A stretch of DNA of 64,000 nucleotides, taken from Eledone cirrhosa. Taxonomy: Eukaryota. The stretch lies in NCBI GenBank assembly GCA_964016885.1, contig OZ024751.1, forward strand, positions 36,270,001 to 36,334,000, in the 5' to 3' direction. The position numbers and the translations under genes are program-made. The notes under the pieces are model-generated. The model saw nothing but the letters and a program-made list of their open reading frames with translations, made no database searches and was not told the origin of the DNA. Shown here one piece after another: positions 15,909 to 31,201 of the stretch (the first letter of the stretch is position 1; every line of letters begins with the position of its first letter).

Positions 15909-16380
15909 ATACATACATACATGCATACATACATACATACATACATACATACATACATACATACATACATACATACATACGTACGTACGTAGGTACATAC
16001 ATACATACATACATACATACGTACGTACGTAGGTACATACATACATACATACATACATACATACATACATACATACATACATACATACATACATACATAC
16101 ATGCATACGTACACACACATACATACATACATACATACATACATACATACATACATGCATACATGCATACATACATACATACATACATACATACATACAT
16201 ACGTACATACATACATACATACATACATACGTACATACATACATACATACATACATACATACATACATACATACGTACGTACGTACATACATACATACAT
16301 ACATACATACATACATACATACATACATACATACATACGTACGTACATACATACATACATACATGCATACATACATACAT
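15909..16380. repeat. (ACAT)n microsatellite upstream of the RLE fragment (resumes at 16782-16870)
   Basis: Direct inspection. Confidence 0.95.
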
Positions 16381-16782
16381 AGGGACCACACATTGAAAAC
16401 GTGTTCTGTTGTGGAGATCAGCTGCCCACTTGATGTAAACGTTGTCAGAAAAATACAGGAGAAGGAGGACATCTACGGACCATTGATGAGGAGCTTACAA
16501 ATCCAGTATCCAAGATACACCGTTAGCTTCATACCCATCATTATTGGTGCTACGGGTTATATACCAACCCACTTGGACCAAAGTATGACCGAACTTGGAT
16601 TTGCGGACAAAAAGCGCAGCTCCCTAATTCATAGTCTACAAATGGCTGCGATAGCTGGCACCTTCAAAATATGCAAAACATTCTTGCGATTCAAGGGATG
16701 ACAATTTCTTTTCTTTTACAACCTTGCCACCAGGAAGGTGGCCGGTCAAAAAAATATACTCGAAATTAAGAGAAAGAGAAAA
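16381..16782 (+). mobile_element. 3' fragment of a distinct RLE non-LTR retrotransposon flanked by (ACAT)n
   Basis: Reads RDHTLKTCSVVEISCPLDVNVVRKIQEKEDIYGPL...FIPIIIGATG...LQMAAIAGTFKICKTFL*, colinear with the RLE tail (E/D-x-x-CP...K...Y...PIIIGA.G...LQ...GT). An ~80-nt 3' UTR contains a GCCACC-AGGAA-GGTGGC hairpin. Confidence 0.8.
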
Positions 16783-16976
16783 CATACATACATACATACA
16801 TACATACGTACGTACGTACATACATACATACATACATACATACATACATACATACATACATACATACATACACTTGTATATACATATGGTTCGGTGGGTT
16901 CATGAATAAACAGGATGAAGAAAAACAAAGCTTGCTAGAATGTGAGCCAACACAAGACGGAAATACCTGCTCTGCA

Positions 16977-16990
16977 CCGCTAGAGGGAGC
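16977..16990 (+). promoter_or_regulatory. Candidate CTCF-binding motif
   Basis: CCGCTAGAGGGAGC closely matches the bilaterian CTCF core CC(A/G)C(C/T)AG(A/G)(G/T)GG(C/A)GC. Confidence 0.35.
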
Positions 16991-17125
16991 TGTGCTGTCG
17001 GAAGTTACTGAATTCTTAGTGATCACCAGTCGACAGCTGATGAGGAGTATGTCCCGCAGTGAATCTCTATGTAAATGAATAATACATACATACAAGCATG
17101 CATACATACATACATATATACACAC

Positions 17126-17232
<107 letters not shown>

Positions 17233-17318
17233 TGTATATATACATGCATACATACATACATACATACATATATACATGCATACATACATACATATATACA
17301 CACATGTATATATATATA

Positions 17319-17518
<200 letters not shown>

Positions 17519-17521
17519 TAC

Positions 17522-17556
<35 letters not shown>

Positions 17557-17569
17557 CATATATATATAC

Positions 17570-17832
<263 letters not shown>

Positions 17833-17888
17833 AGTACATATAATAATGATACTATTTATAGTTATGTATATAGTATGAACAAGTATAA

Positions 17889-18004
<116 letters not shown>

Positions 18005-18172
18005 TGTATATGTATATATGCATGTATACCTATTACATAGATACATACAATATATATACATTTATGCAGCAAAACGCATACATTGACATGTACGTCTGTT
18101 TTTGTGTGTGTTTGAGTGAGTGTGTGTCTTCTTGTGTGTATAAAACATGTATGTGTATATAGATATATATAG

Positions 18173-18305
<133 letters not shown>

Positions 18306-18847
18306 CTCTCTCTTCTTCTCAGTCTTTAAATCTCGATGTTCTTCTCTCTTTTTCTCTCTCTCTCAGTTCCTTTCTCTCTATACAGGAATGTATGCATGTG
18401 TCTCTGTGCGTATGTGTGTGTATATATATATATATGTATATATGTATACATGTTTGTATGTGTGTGTATGTGTGTATGTGTACCTTTGCAACACATAAAT
18501 AAATAAAGAATAAAGAATACAGAAATCCTTATTTACACTATGTGTCTGTGTCTTTTTTTCGTTTTTTTTTTTTTCATTATTGCGTTTCGTTTCTTTTTAG
18601 ATGTCACCTACTCTACCTTCGGTCTGACGTAATCTCTCAGCTACACACACACATACATACACACACACACATACACACGCACACACGCACGCACACACGC
18701 ATGCACACACGCACGCACACACACACACACTCACTCATACACTCATACATACATATACACATACACAGAGAGAGTAAGATAAACACAAATGTGTGTACAT
18801 ACACACATGCTGAAACTCATATACATATAAAAATAAATAGACATACA

Positions 18848-18879
<32 letters not shown>

Positions 18880-19159
18880 GATGTATATATATATATATAT
18901 AGATATATACTTTTTAACTCTCTCTCACCATTGCCTTCAGACGCATTTTCACTATCTAGCACATTCATTTTTTTCTCTATCTCTCTCTCTATCTATCTCT
19001 ATCTCTCTTTATCTCTCTATATCTCCCTCTATCTCTCTCTCTCTCTCTTTAAACATACATATCTTTCTATCGCTAATTCTTTCTCCCTCTATTTCTCTCC
19101 CTGCCTCTACATCTTTCTACCTCTCTCTGTCTCCATACCTCTTCTTCCTCCACGTCATG

Positions 19160-19570
19160 TCAACAACTTAACAACAACAACACCAACAACATCAACAACA
19201 CAATAACAACACCAACAACAAAAACATAAACACCACCACCAACACCACCACCAACACCACCACCAACAATAATAATAACAACACCAACAACAACAACACC
19301 AACAACATCAACAACACAACAACAACATCAACACCACCACCAACACCACCAACAACTTAACAACAACAACACCAACAACATCAACAACACAACAACAACA
19401 CCAACAACAACAACATAAACACCACCAGCAACACCACCACCAACACCACCACCAACAATAATAACAACACCAACAACAACAACACCAACAACATCAACAA
19501 CACAACAACAACATCAACACCACCACCAACACCACCAACAACTTAACAACAACAACACCAACAACAAACT
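19160..19570. repeat. CAA/CAC low-complexity tract with a ~188-bp higher-order duplication
   Basis: CAACTTAACAACAACAACACC recurs at ~19164, ~19352 and ~19539. Confidence 0.8.
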
Positions 19571-19921
19571 TTCAGAAAATAAAATGAAAAAATAAAAAGC
19601 CAAATAAATACATAAAGAAAGTAAAAGAAGATAAAAACCAAGAGCAAAGAAGTGTGTAGAAAAGTCAACGACAAGGACGTGATAGGGTTAAAGATTAAGG
19701 TGAGAATGGAACCTAGAATCCTGCTGACTATAATAAGGTCAAGTGGATGATAAAACAATGTCGCTGGCATCGAATTTGCCATCCACATCGATTTTTTCCA
19801 TCCTTCTCCTCCACTTCCAGACAATTTCCTACTCCTTATTCTTTATATTTTTTCCTCTTTTCTTTGTAATTTTTTAAAATTCTTTCTTCTTCTTCTTCTT
19901 CTTCTTCTTCTTCTTCTTCTT

Positions 19922-19955
<34 letters not shown>

Positions 19956-20045
19956 CACTCACTCCATTTCTTTCTTACTGCCTTTCTTTCTTTCTTTCTT
20001 TCTTACTTTCTTTATTTCTTTCTTTCTTTCACAATCCTTCTATAG

Positions 20046-20117
<72 letters not shown>

Positions 20118-20380
20118 TCTTTTACTCTTTTACCTGTTTCAGCCATCCGGCGGAGGCCATGCTGGGGCACCGCCCTTGGTATATATATATATATATAAAA
20201 AGAGAGAGAGAGAGAGTCATTTTATTAAGACAAAACTCCGGAGTAACAAGACTATTCAGCCTTAATAAAATGAGTATTTAAACTCACCTTCGGTATTGAG
20301 TACTCGTTTCTCTCGGCCGTCAGCAAGATAGGATATATATGTATGCATCACATATGTATATATATATATATATATATATA

Positions 20381-20650
20381 GAAGGCACTCCGTCGGTTAC
20401 GACGACGTGTGTTCCAGTTGAAACGATCAACGGAACAGTCTGGCCATGACATTAATGTACAAGTGGCTTAGCATTCCAAAGACACGCGTGGACATAACGC
20501 AGTTCTCAGGGAGATTCAGCATGACACAGATTGTGACAAGGGTGGTCATCCGAACTACAGGTACGGCTGAGTGGACTGGAGCGTCGTGAAATAAAGTTTC
20601 TTGCTCAAGAACACAACGAGGCGCCAGGAATGGAACTCGCAACCTTACCA
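20381..20650 (-). mobile_element. SINE with a family B-like core and a different, longer 3' tail
   Basis: GCTGAGTGGACTGGAGCGTCGTGAAATAAAGTTTCTTGCTCAAGAACACAAC...GGAACTC core is shared with the 46784 copy. Confidence 0.7.
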
Positions 20651-20705
20651 GTGTGTATGTGTGTGTGTGTTCTTATTCTTTTTTGTTCTATTTACGTATA
20701 TACGA

Positions 20706-20772
<67 letters not shown>

Positions 20773-20819
20773 ATATTCAATATATTAACAAATGGAAACT
20801 ATATTTATAAAACCATATT

Positions 20820-20885
20820 TATTTCATTATACATATTTCAAGGGCCATCGAGGCAGATTATGGTGCGCTTTCATCAGATAAAATA
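20820..20885 (-). ncRNA. Minimal type I hammerhead ribozyme motif (antisense arm of the palindrome)
   Basis: Reverse complement reads TATTTTAT CTGATGA AAGCGCACCATAATCTGCCTCGATGGCCCTT GAAA TATGTA TA ATGAAATA. Confidence 0.75.
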
Positions 20886-20982
20886 TAATATAGATTAGTT
20901 TTATAAATAAATATTGACATATCCTGAAAAGTTGCATTTTTCAGGGTATGTCAATATTTATTTATAAAACTAATCTATATTA

Positions 20983-21048
20983 TATTTTATCTGATGAAAG
21001 CGCACCATAATCTGCCTTGGTGGTCCTTGAAATATGTATAATGAAATA
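20983..21048 (+). ncRNA. Minimal type I hammerhead ribozyme motif
   Basis: TATTTTAT (stem I) - CTGATGA (20991) - stem II AAGCGCACCA...TGGTGGTCCTT - GAAA (21029) - TATGTA - TA (cleavage site) - ATGAAATA (stem I', 8 pairs including one G-U). Confidence 0.8.
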
Positions 21049-21179
21049 AATATGGTTTTATAAATAAAGTTTCCATTTGTTAATATATTGTATATTTACT
21101 CCAATTAATTTGTTGAGTGCTTTATATCAGTTATAAAAATATTTTGCTTGTTGTATCCCAACAAATTAAATATAACCTC

Positions 21180-21324
<145 letters not shown>

Positions 21325-21343
21325 ATACGAATATGTATGTATG

Positions 21344-21455
<112 letters not shown>

Positions 21456-21461
21456 CGAATA

Positions 21462-21501
<40 letters not shown>

Positions 21502-21829
21502 AATGGGCGTATATGTGTGTACATGAATGCACATAAAAAATACAGACATGAGTTTTTAAAAAAATGGATTCATCATTAGGAACGTAGAAACAATGCCATA
21601 TGTGTACTAAAGAAATAAATGACTATATACTTGAGATATATGCGTATAATTGATAAGCAATTAATGATTAATTAGACATGTGTATATGCAGTATTTGTAT
21701 TGTGCGAGAGAAATTAGGAAATAAGTTATTAATGATGTGGGAATTTTAAAATAGCTCATAGACTTTTAACAAGTTCAAATGTCACCAAATTGTATTGTAT
21801 GACTCATAACGTATATATATTGTGGGAGT

Positions 21830-21966
<137 letters not shown>

Positions 21967-22080
21967 TATATTTATATATATATTTATATTTATATTTATA
22001 TATATATTTATATATATATATTTATATATATATATATTTATATATATATTTATATTTATATTTATATTTATATTTATATT

Positions 22081-22111
<31 letters not shown>

Positions 22112-22176
22112 ATATACATATGTGTGTGTGTATAATATTATATTATATTATATATATGTTTGTGTGTGTTATAGAA

Positions 22177-22207
<31 letters not shown>

Positions 22208-22421
22208 CAGAGAGGAGGAGAGAGAGAGTGTGTGTATTGAGTATATAGAGAGTGTGGTTAGTAGAGAGACAGAGAGGGGGGGGGGAGTGACGAGTATATA
22301 GAGAGTGTGGTTTGTAGAGAGGGATAGAATGAGGCAGATAGCTGGAAGTAAAATTATAAAAGTCGTATTATTCTAGTAATGTCACATGTACCAATCTAAC
22401 TATTACGCATTTATAGCTATG

Positions 22422-22453
<32 letters not shown>

Positions 22454-22497
22454 AATATATATATATATATGTGTGTGTGCGTGTGTGTGTGTATATA

Positions 22498-22549
<52 letters not shown>

Positions 22550-22929
22550 AATCTAAATCATTGAATCAATATGAAAACTATATTAGCCTAGCTAAGTTCG
22601 TTCACCAATATAATTATCATCTTACGTTAATTATATTATCGAATCGAAATTATATTTTCTTCTTATTCCATTAACGTTGAATAAAGTTATTGTGCTACTC
22701 CGTGAATGCCGGTCCTGTCTTTGAGAAGCCAACAGTGTTGAATCTTCCAAACATTCACGTGAGAATAAGCCATAGATTTATCCGATGATAATACTAACTT
22801 AGTTTTCTAAAAAATAATTTTGTTCATCTTTAATTTTCGTTAGCCTATTTCCGTATATAGGCGGAAATACCAATATTTTGTATGAATATATATACATACA
22901 CACACACACACACACACATACACACACTC

Positions 22930-22964
<35 letters not shown>

Positions 22965-23028
22965 TATATATACACATATATATATATTTATATATAAATG
23001 AAAGGTATAGAAAATATTGTAGCAAAAG

Positions 23029-23086
<58 letters not shown>

Positions 23087-23198
23087 TATATATATATACA
23101 CATATATATATATACACATATATTTTTGTATATACATTTTCATATATTCATATATATCTTTGTATATATATATTTATAAAGATATGCATATATTTTTG

Positions 23199-23231
<33 letters not shown>

Positions 23232-23278
23232 ACATATATTTTTGTGTATATATATTCATATATATACACACACATATT

Positions 23279-23381
<103 letters not shown>

Positions 23382-23699
23382 GTATATATATATCCTGAAG
23401 AACTGATACGTACATGTCGGAAGGAAATGTTTAGTTTTATATTCTGTGAATATTGTAAGAGCGGAATCTATCGGAATATCTGGAAATATACAGAATACAT
23501 AGAAATCTGAAAATATTTCCTCCAATTCTTCATATTTCAATGACAGTTATCACAACATTCCACATCTCACACGAGGTCACTCTGACCTTATAGCAGCCAT
23601 TGTTATAGCAGTTGTTACTGTTGGCTTTCTTCTTCTACATGCTGCTGATGATGATGATGACGTTGGTTATGTTGACACTGCTGTCGCTGATGATGCTGG

Positions 23700-24455
23700 T
23701 GCTGCATAGTGCTGCCGGTGTTGGTGTTGGTGGCGATGCTGGTGGTTGGTGGCGATGGTGGTGTTGGTGGCGATGCCGGTGTTGGTGTGCCGATGCCGGT
23801 GTTGGTGTGCCGATGCCGGTGTTGGTGGCGATGCCGGTGTTGGTGTGCCGATGCCGGTGTTGGTGCCGATGCCGGTGTTGGTGTGCCGATGCCGGTGTTG
23901 GTGGCGATGCTGGTGTTGGTGCCGATGCTGGTGTTGGTGCCGATGCTGGTGTTGGTGCCGATGCCGGTGTTGGTGGCGATGCTGGTGTTGGTGCCGATGC
24001 CGGTGATGCTATTGTTGCAGCTGATAGTGCTGGTAGTGTTGCTGATGAGGCTGCTGCTGATTTTGTCATTGCTGCTGGTGGTGCTGCTGCTGGTGCTGGT
24101 GCTGCTGATGGTGCTGCTGCCGAGCTATTGCTGCAGGTGATAGTGCTGCTAGTGCTAATGATATTAGTACTGCTTCTGGTGCTGCTGCTGCTGCTGCTGC
24201 TGGTATTGCTGCTGTTGCTGCTGCTGCTGCTGGTATTGCCGCTGGTGCTGCTGTTAATGCTGCTGCTGATGCTGGAGATGGTAGTGCTGCTGGTGCCGGT
24301 GCTGGTGCTATCGCTGCTCGCGATGCTGATGGTGCTGCCACTCGTACTGCTAGAGCTTCTGGTACTGCTGCAGCTGCTAATGTTGCTGCAAGTCTTTCTA
24401 ATAGTGTTCCTATTGTGGTTGCTGATAATGCTGAAGATGCCGCTATGGTGCTGAT
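23700..24455. repeat. GC-rich 18-20-bp repeat (GCCGATGCCGGTGTTGGT) grading into a (GCT)n-rich tract
   Basis: Direct inspection; unit length alternates between 18 and 20 bp, so it is not frame-preserving. Confidence 0.85.
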
Positions 24456-25076
24456 TCGATTTTTGCCGTTGTTCTTGTTATTGTTGTTGTTGTTGATGAT
24501 GTAATTGCTATTTTTGATGATATTTTTGTTGTAGTCGTTGATATTGATGTTGTTGTTGTTTTTGACCTCTGACCTATTTTTTCTGCTTCACTGCGATTGG
24601 TTAATAAAGAGAATAAGAACAGATCTGACCTTGCTTACCTCCCTTCCTTCCTTCCTTTTCATTTTCATTTTCAGAGACATCCGAATGTCTCTGAAGCAGT
24701 TGCATATAATTTCTTCTTCTTCTTCTTCTTCTTCTTCTTCTTCTTCTTCTTCTTCTTCTTCTTCTCTCTTCTTCTTCTTCTTCTTCTTCTTCTTCTTCTT
24801 CTTCTTCTTCTTCTTCTTCTTCTCCTCCTCCTCCTCCTCCTCTTCTTCTTCTTCTTCTTCTTCTTCTTCTTCTTCTCCTCCTCCTCCTCCTCTTCTTCTT
24901 CTTCTTCTTCTTCTTCTTCTTCTTCTTCTTCTTCTTCTTCTCTTTCTTCTTTTTCTTCTCCCCCCCCCCCACATTATGTATTTGATACCTGATAAGAATA
25001 GCCAGCTACAACAAAAGTCTACAGATCGACAATATAACTATCAGAATGATGCTGCTGATGATGATAGTATTAATAA

Positions 25077-25140
<64 letters not shown>

Positions 25141-26093
25141 TGTGGTGGTTGTGGTGGTGGTTGTGGTGGCGGTCGTGGTAGTGTTGGTGGTAGTTGTAAA
25201 ACAACCATCAACAACGACTACCACAGCACCAACATCACTATTAACCCCAACACCACCACCATACAAGCACTGCCCCCACCACCACCATAGAAGAACCGCT
25301 ACCACGACCACCATACAAGCACCGCCACCTCCACCACCATTCAAGCACCACCACCACCACCACCATACAAGCACCACCACCACAACCATCATACAACCAC
25401 CACCACCACCACCACCACCATACAAGCACCACCACCACCACCACCACTATACAAGCACCCCCACCACCATCATCGCCACCAACAACAACAACCACAGAAA
25501 TAACCATAACAACCTACAATAGAGTATGTGATAGCAAATAGGTGAAAAAATGTCTGATTAAATCTGTTGAAAATAACTTTCTTTTTATCATTTTCTTATT
25601 CTTTATATTTTAATATCGTCTATTCCCTTGGCTTTTTTTTTACTTGTTATTAAGGAGCAGGATTTAGTAAGGTTTTATTTAGAAGACAAAAGATACCTCA
25701 GTGTTTACGTGCATGTGTGTGTGCGTGTGTGTGTGTGTGAATGTGTGTTTGTGTGTCTATGTGTGTGTTTGTTTGTGTGTATGTGTGTGTGTGTGAGTGT
25801 GTTTGTGTGTGTATTTGTGTGTGTATGTGTGAGTGCGTGTGTGTGTGTTTGTGTGTGTGTATGTGTGAGTGTGTGTGTGTGTGTGTTTGTGTGTGTGTGT
25901 GAGTGTGTGTTTGAGTGTGAGTGTGTGTGAGGGTGTGTGTGTGTGTGTCAGTGTGTGTGTGAGGGTGTGTATGTGTGAGTGTGTGTGGAGATTATTATTT
26001 AGAAGGCTTCGTGGAAATTGTCTTGGAGATGTGTTATGTAGAGGATAGACATAAAATACCGTAAAATACGAGGAATAGCGATGTATATGTGTA

Positions 26094-26153
<60 letters not shown>

Positions 26154-26857
26154 CATATATACAATATATACATACATATATACATACATATATACATACA
26201 TATATACAAATACATATATATATGTGTGTATATACATATATATATATATACACGCATGTACATATATACATGTATATATGTACACATTTATATATATATA
26301 TATTTATATATACACGTATACACACATCTATATCTATATATATGTGGGTGTGTGTGTGTGTGTGTGTGAGAGAGAATAAAATGCAGCAAAGCTTAGTGTA
26401 ATATTGTTTGGAAAGAAACTTTTCTTCTGAGAAAAAAATTGAAGCCAAAAGATTTAGACAAATATAAATAATAATAATAAAAAATAATAAAAATAAATAT
26501 AATAAAATGGTAAAATAATTGGTTTATTGGTAGTTATGGCACATTAGATTTATAGAATTAAACATAGTAATAGTAAGGAAATGTGTGTGAGAGGAGGGCG
26601 TAGGAATTTATCATATGCATGCCTTTCCTCCACAAAAGAACGCTCTTCAATGAAGCTGTTTCGTTCTATACTTAAAAGTGACGGATAGACGTGGCATTAG
26701 CTACATAAGCGACCTTGCGACTGGGTGGTAAACGGGTGCGGAATACAGCAACTACGACAAATAAAATGAATGATTGAGAGGAGAAAAAAACATGGAAATG
26801 AGAAATTTTACGAGTATATATATACACACACACACACACTTAATATTTCTTGATTCA

Positions 26858-27002
<145 letters not shown>

Positions 27003-27149
27003 CAAACCTTATAATTCTTGATTCAGGTTTTTTTCTTCACTTTTTTTGGAAAATGTAATTTATATATTTAAATTATTTTGTATGATTTTTGTATGATTTA
27101 TTTTTTTTTGCCTATTGTGTGGAATATAAAAGATAATGAGCTTGTGTAT

Positions 27150-27430
27150 GTGTGTGTATATGTGACTATGTGTGTGCGTGTGTATGTGTGTGTATATGTG
27201 ACTATGCATGACTGTGTGTGTGCGTGTGTATGTGTGTGTATATGTGACTATGCATGACTGTGTGTGTGCGTGTGTATGTGTGTGTATATGTGACTATGCA
27301 TGACTGTGTGTATGCGTGTGTATGTTTGTGTATGTGTGACTATGCATGACTGTGTGTGTGCGTGTGTATGTGTGTGTATGTGTATGAATGTGCATATGTG
27401 ACTGTGGCTGACTGTGTGTATGCGTGTGTA
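27150..27430. repeat. ~46-bp GT-rich minisatellite
   Basis: GTGACTATGCATGACTGTGTGTGTGCGTGTGTATG repeated. Confidence 0.8.
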
Positions 27431-27512
27431 TGTCTGTGTGTGTTTGTATCTCGGATGCATGATTGCATTCAATCGGCTGGCAGAGCGGGTGTGCATGTGT
27501 ATCTGTACGCCT

Positions 27513-27573
<61 letters not shown>

Positions 27574-27739
27574 TGTGTGTGTGTGTATACAAGGAGGAGG
27601 AGTTAATGGTGGTGTTGGTGGTGATGGTGGTAGTGGTGATTGTGGAGGTGGTGGTGATGGTAGGAGTGGTGGTGACGGTGGTATTGATGGTGTTGGTGGT
27701 GGAAATGGAGGTGGATGTGGTGGCGGTGGTGGTGGTGGG

Positions 27740-28035
27740 GGTAATGTCGTGGTGGTGGTGGTGGTGTATGTGATCTGTGATGGTGGCGCTAGAGGTGGCG
27801 GTGGTGGTGGCAGTGGTGGTGGTGGTGTATTTGATCTGTGATGGTGGCGCTAGAAGTGGCAGCGGTGGTGGTGGTGGTGGTGGTGGTGGTGGTGTTGTGA
27901 TCTGTGATGGTGGCGCTATATGTGGCGGTGGTGGTGGTGGTAATGTGGTGGTGGTGGTGGTGGTGTATGTGATCTGTGATGGTGGCGCTAGAGGTGGCGG
28001 TGGTGGTGGTGGTGGTGGTGGTGGTGTATGTGATC
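27740..28035. repeat. ~60-bp GGT-rich minisatellite
   Basis: GTGATCTGTGATGGTGGCGCTAG repeated about 4-5 times, separated by (GGT)n. Confidence 0.8.
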
Positions 28036-29233
28036 ACAGACGGCGTGTGACATTAAGAGATAGAGGACATGAAAAGGGTTAAATAAGTTGTGATTAAGGT
28101 AGATAGGGGCTAGGACATATCATAACAGAGTCGAGATCACTAACAAAGAAAGGAAAGGAAGGGTGTGGTGGCGTGGGGTGGGATTTGGTGTGTGGTGGGG
28201 CGGGGTTGTGTTATGGGGTCGGTGGAGGGTTAATGTCTACACACAGATATAAACATAAAAAAATTCAGACGTAATTAGCTATAGAGATATGGGTGCGAGA
28301 AAGGGTGGAAAGGGGTGGGTAGGTGGGCTGGCTAGACGGTCCGGTCGATATTAACGGGGGCCAATGTCCTTGTAAATGGGAGGTGTCTGGCTGGATAGGT
28401 GGGGGGTCTGCATGTATGTGTGTATGTATGTATGTGTGTGTGTGTATGTGTGTATGTGTCTCAATGTGTGTCTGTGTGGATGTGTGGATGTCTGCATGTA
28501 TTCGTGAATGTGTCTGTGTATATATATGTGTGTGTGTGCGTGAGAGAGAGATAGGGATATGGGTGGTGGGGTTGAATGATGGTTAGAGGGATCAATAGAT
28601 GAATTAATGGCGGAGGTTTGATGGTTGATGTTTGTGGGTTGGCAGTGGTGGTGGTGGTGGTGGTGGTGGTGGTGGTGGTGGTGGTGGTGGTGGTGGTGGT
28701 GGTGGTGGTGGTGGTGGTGATGGTGATGGTTGTAGTGGTGGTGGAGGGAAAATGAGCGATAAATATGTATAATCATGGATTATTGGATTGTCAGAGAATG
28801 TTTAAAATAAAAAATGGTTTCATATGTGTGCATATATATATGTATATATGTATGTATGCATATATATATATATATACATATATCTGTAAGTATATGTATG
28901 TATATGTGTCTATGTATGTATTTTATATGCATATATACACATATATACATATGTGCACGTATATATATATATATATAAATATATATATATATGACATGCC
29001 AGGATCTATTCACTCTTTACCCTCATCAATCCCAAAACCCAGGATTATGATTGCTGTAATCGACATAATATATTGAGAACTCTACTTTCATAATATGACA
29101 TTCACATATCGGAAAGCATGCAGAATGTTAAGAATTTGTCATTATTTGGGGAAAATTCCTTTTCTGTTAAAAAATCCTGGAAATATATATTTTTATATAC
29201 AACCAGGGGTCGCTACCATATATGTACAGATTT

Positions 29234-29452
29234 CATGCTTGGTGGTTAGAGCATTGGGCTTGTAATCGAAAGGTTGTGAGTTCAATTCTCGGACCCGGGT
29301 GATGTGTTGTTTCATTGAGCAAGACATTTTATTTCACGTTGCTCCAGTTTACTCAGCTGTCGAACTGAGATGATAGGACTGGGGTCCCTATCATTAAATT
29401 ACCCAAGACACCTCCAACGAGATATACCTTGGAGGAGGCCAGCTAAACCTGC
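29234..29452 (+). mobile_element. tRNA-derived SINE with a CORE-like body (family B)
   Basis: GGTGGTTAGAGC (A box), GAGTTCAATTC (B box) and TTGAGCAAGACATTTTATTTCACGTTGCTCCAGTTTACTCAGCTG. Confidence 0.8.
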
Positions 29453-29831
29453 ATAGGTGTAAGCTGTCACACACACATGTACAGATTTGAATATATTTCA
29501 ACTGTATATCTTATATACATTGAAAAATAGATCGATATTGATAAAATTTACAGAGAAGACTGTCTCTTCGTATCCCATAGGTTTAATAAGCAAGACATGG
29601 AGAAAACGTAGAAAGGTATAAAATTATATTTTTAAAGAGTTTGATTTAAAACTACAACAAATTCAAACCTCAAATGTATTTCCTCGATGTTGCATTAAAC
29701 TAAAACGCATACAAAGATAGTCTCTATCGTAAACGATCCGAAGAAACTATATACATGAATAGAAGTACCAATCAGTTGTCCACTAGTTCGTATACAGCAA
29801 TGTTAAAGCGGGGGGGGGGCGGGGGGAACAA

Positions 29832-30048
29832 GGTGACGGATTGTCAAAATCGTTAGAGCTCCGAATAAAATGGTTGGCGAGCTTGAGATATCTTCTGAAT
29901 ACAATCTCGCCGAAATCATCTCTGAATTTCATCTTTGTCTGGTCGATAAAATATAGTACCAGTTAAGTACTGGTCGATATAATTGCCCCCCCCCCCCAAA
30001 AAAAAAAAAAAAACTACTGGCTTTGTACCTAAATTAAAAATGTTATAA
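29832..30048 (+). mobile_element. Diverged family A-related SINE, tail-to-tail with the 30055 copy
   Basis: CTCGCCGAAATC...TTTCATCTTTGTCTGGTCGATAAAATATAGTACCAG. Confidence 0.6.
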
Positions 30049-30054
30049 TGTAAA

Positions 30055-30240
30055 TAATTGTTTCTACATTTGGCACAAGGCCAGCAATTATTCCAGTGCA
30101 TTACTGGTACTTTATTTTATCGACCCCGTAAGGATGAAAGGCAAAGTTAACCTCGGCGGGATTTGAACTCAGATCATAAAGGGCCATAACTCTATGCTCC
30201 AAAGCATGGCGCCCGACCCTCTACCGATACTGCCAATCCA
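30055..30240 (-). mobile_element. tRNA-derived SINE (family A)
   Basis: Reverse complement of the 14295 element. Confidence 0.85.
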
Positions 30241-30586
30241 GATAAATAATACGAGCTAAAGTTTAACTGATACTCATATCTTTTCACGAATGATCGAAGA
30301 TATTGAAATGTATTAATCAAAAATAGAAAAGAAAAAAAAAAGAAAAAAAAGAAGAAAGAAAGGCGAAGGAATTCTACCGTACTGGCACTTGAAACCTGAA
30401 CAGTTGTGTAGGGTATAGAGTTTCTATGGTGATAGCTTGTTAGTTGTAGTGTAAGAGAAGGTAACAGGGATGTACCAGGTTGGGTACACGAGAGAGGGGG
30501 AAGAAGGGTGGTATGGAGGAGAGGATGAGGAGAGAGAGACAGAGAGAGAGACAGGGAGTGGATACTGTATAGAGGAAAGATTTACC

Positions 30587-30669
<83 letters not shown>

Positions 30670-30723
30670 GGTGGGAGAGAGGGGGGAGAGAGTGGTATTG
30701 TGTGGAGAAGAGAATGAGGTGTG

Positions 30724-30770
<47 letters not shown>

Positions 30771-31002
30771 TGTGTGAGAGAGGGAGAATGGAAGAAAGTG
30801 AGAGAGGGTGTGGTGGGGGGGGATGAGGTAGAGAAAGGTAGTGTTGATGAGAGAGAGAGAATAAGAGAGTGTGAGAAAAGGTGAGAAGAAAAGGTACAAC
30901 AGAAGAAATAGAGAGAGATAACGAAGAGGAAAGCGAAAGAGAGAAAGGGAAAGAAACGGGTAGAATGAGAGAGAGAGAGAGAGAGAGGGGGGGTGCAGCT
31001 AC

Positions 31003-31039
<37 letters not shown>

Positions 31040-31141
31040 AGAGAAATAGAGAGGGAGAGAAAGAGAAAGAGAGAGAAAGAGAGAGAGAGAGAGAGCCAGA
31101 TACCCAGAGAAAGAGAGAGAGAGAGAGCCAGATACCCAGAG

Positions 31142-31201
<60 letters not shown>

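Larger units (their letters stand above)
20778..21090. repeat. ~310-bp near-perfect palindrome (two ~153-bp arms, ~6-7-nt loop near 20934) within (TA)n; Penelope-like pLTR derivative
   Basis: caatatattaacaaatggaaact...gacatatcctgaaaa-gttgcat-ttttcagggtatgtc...agtttccatttgttaatatattg. Confidence 0.9.

Noticed and set aside
23395-23450. CTGAAGA...GAAA next to (TA)n
   Set aside because: Stem I and stem III pairing are too poor; at best a decayed hammerhead.
23612-24454. 280-aa Ala/Gly/Leu-rich ORF resembling a structural protein
   Set aside because: Repeat units of 18 and 20 bp shift the frame and several frames are open, so this is low-complexity repeat.
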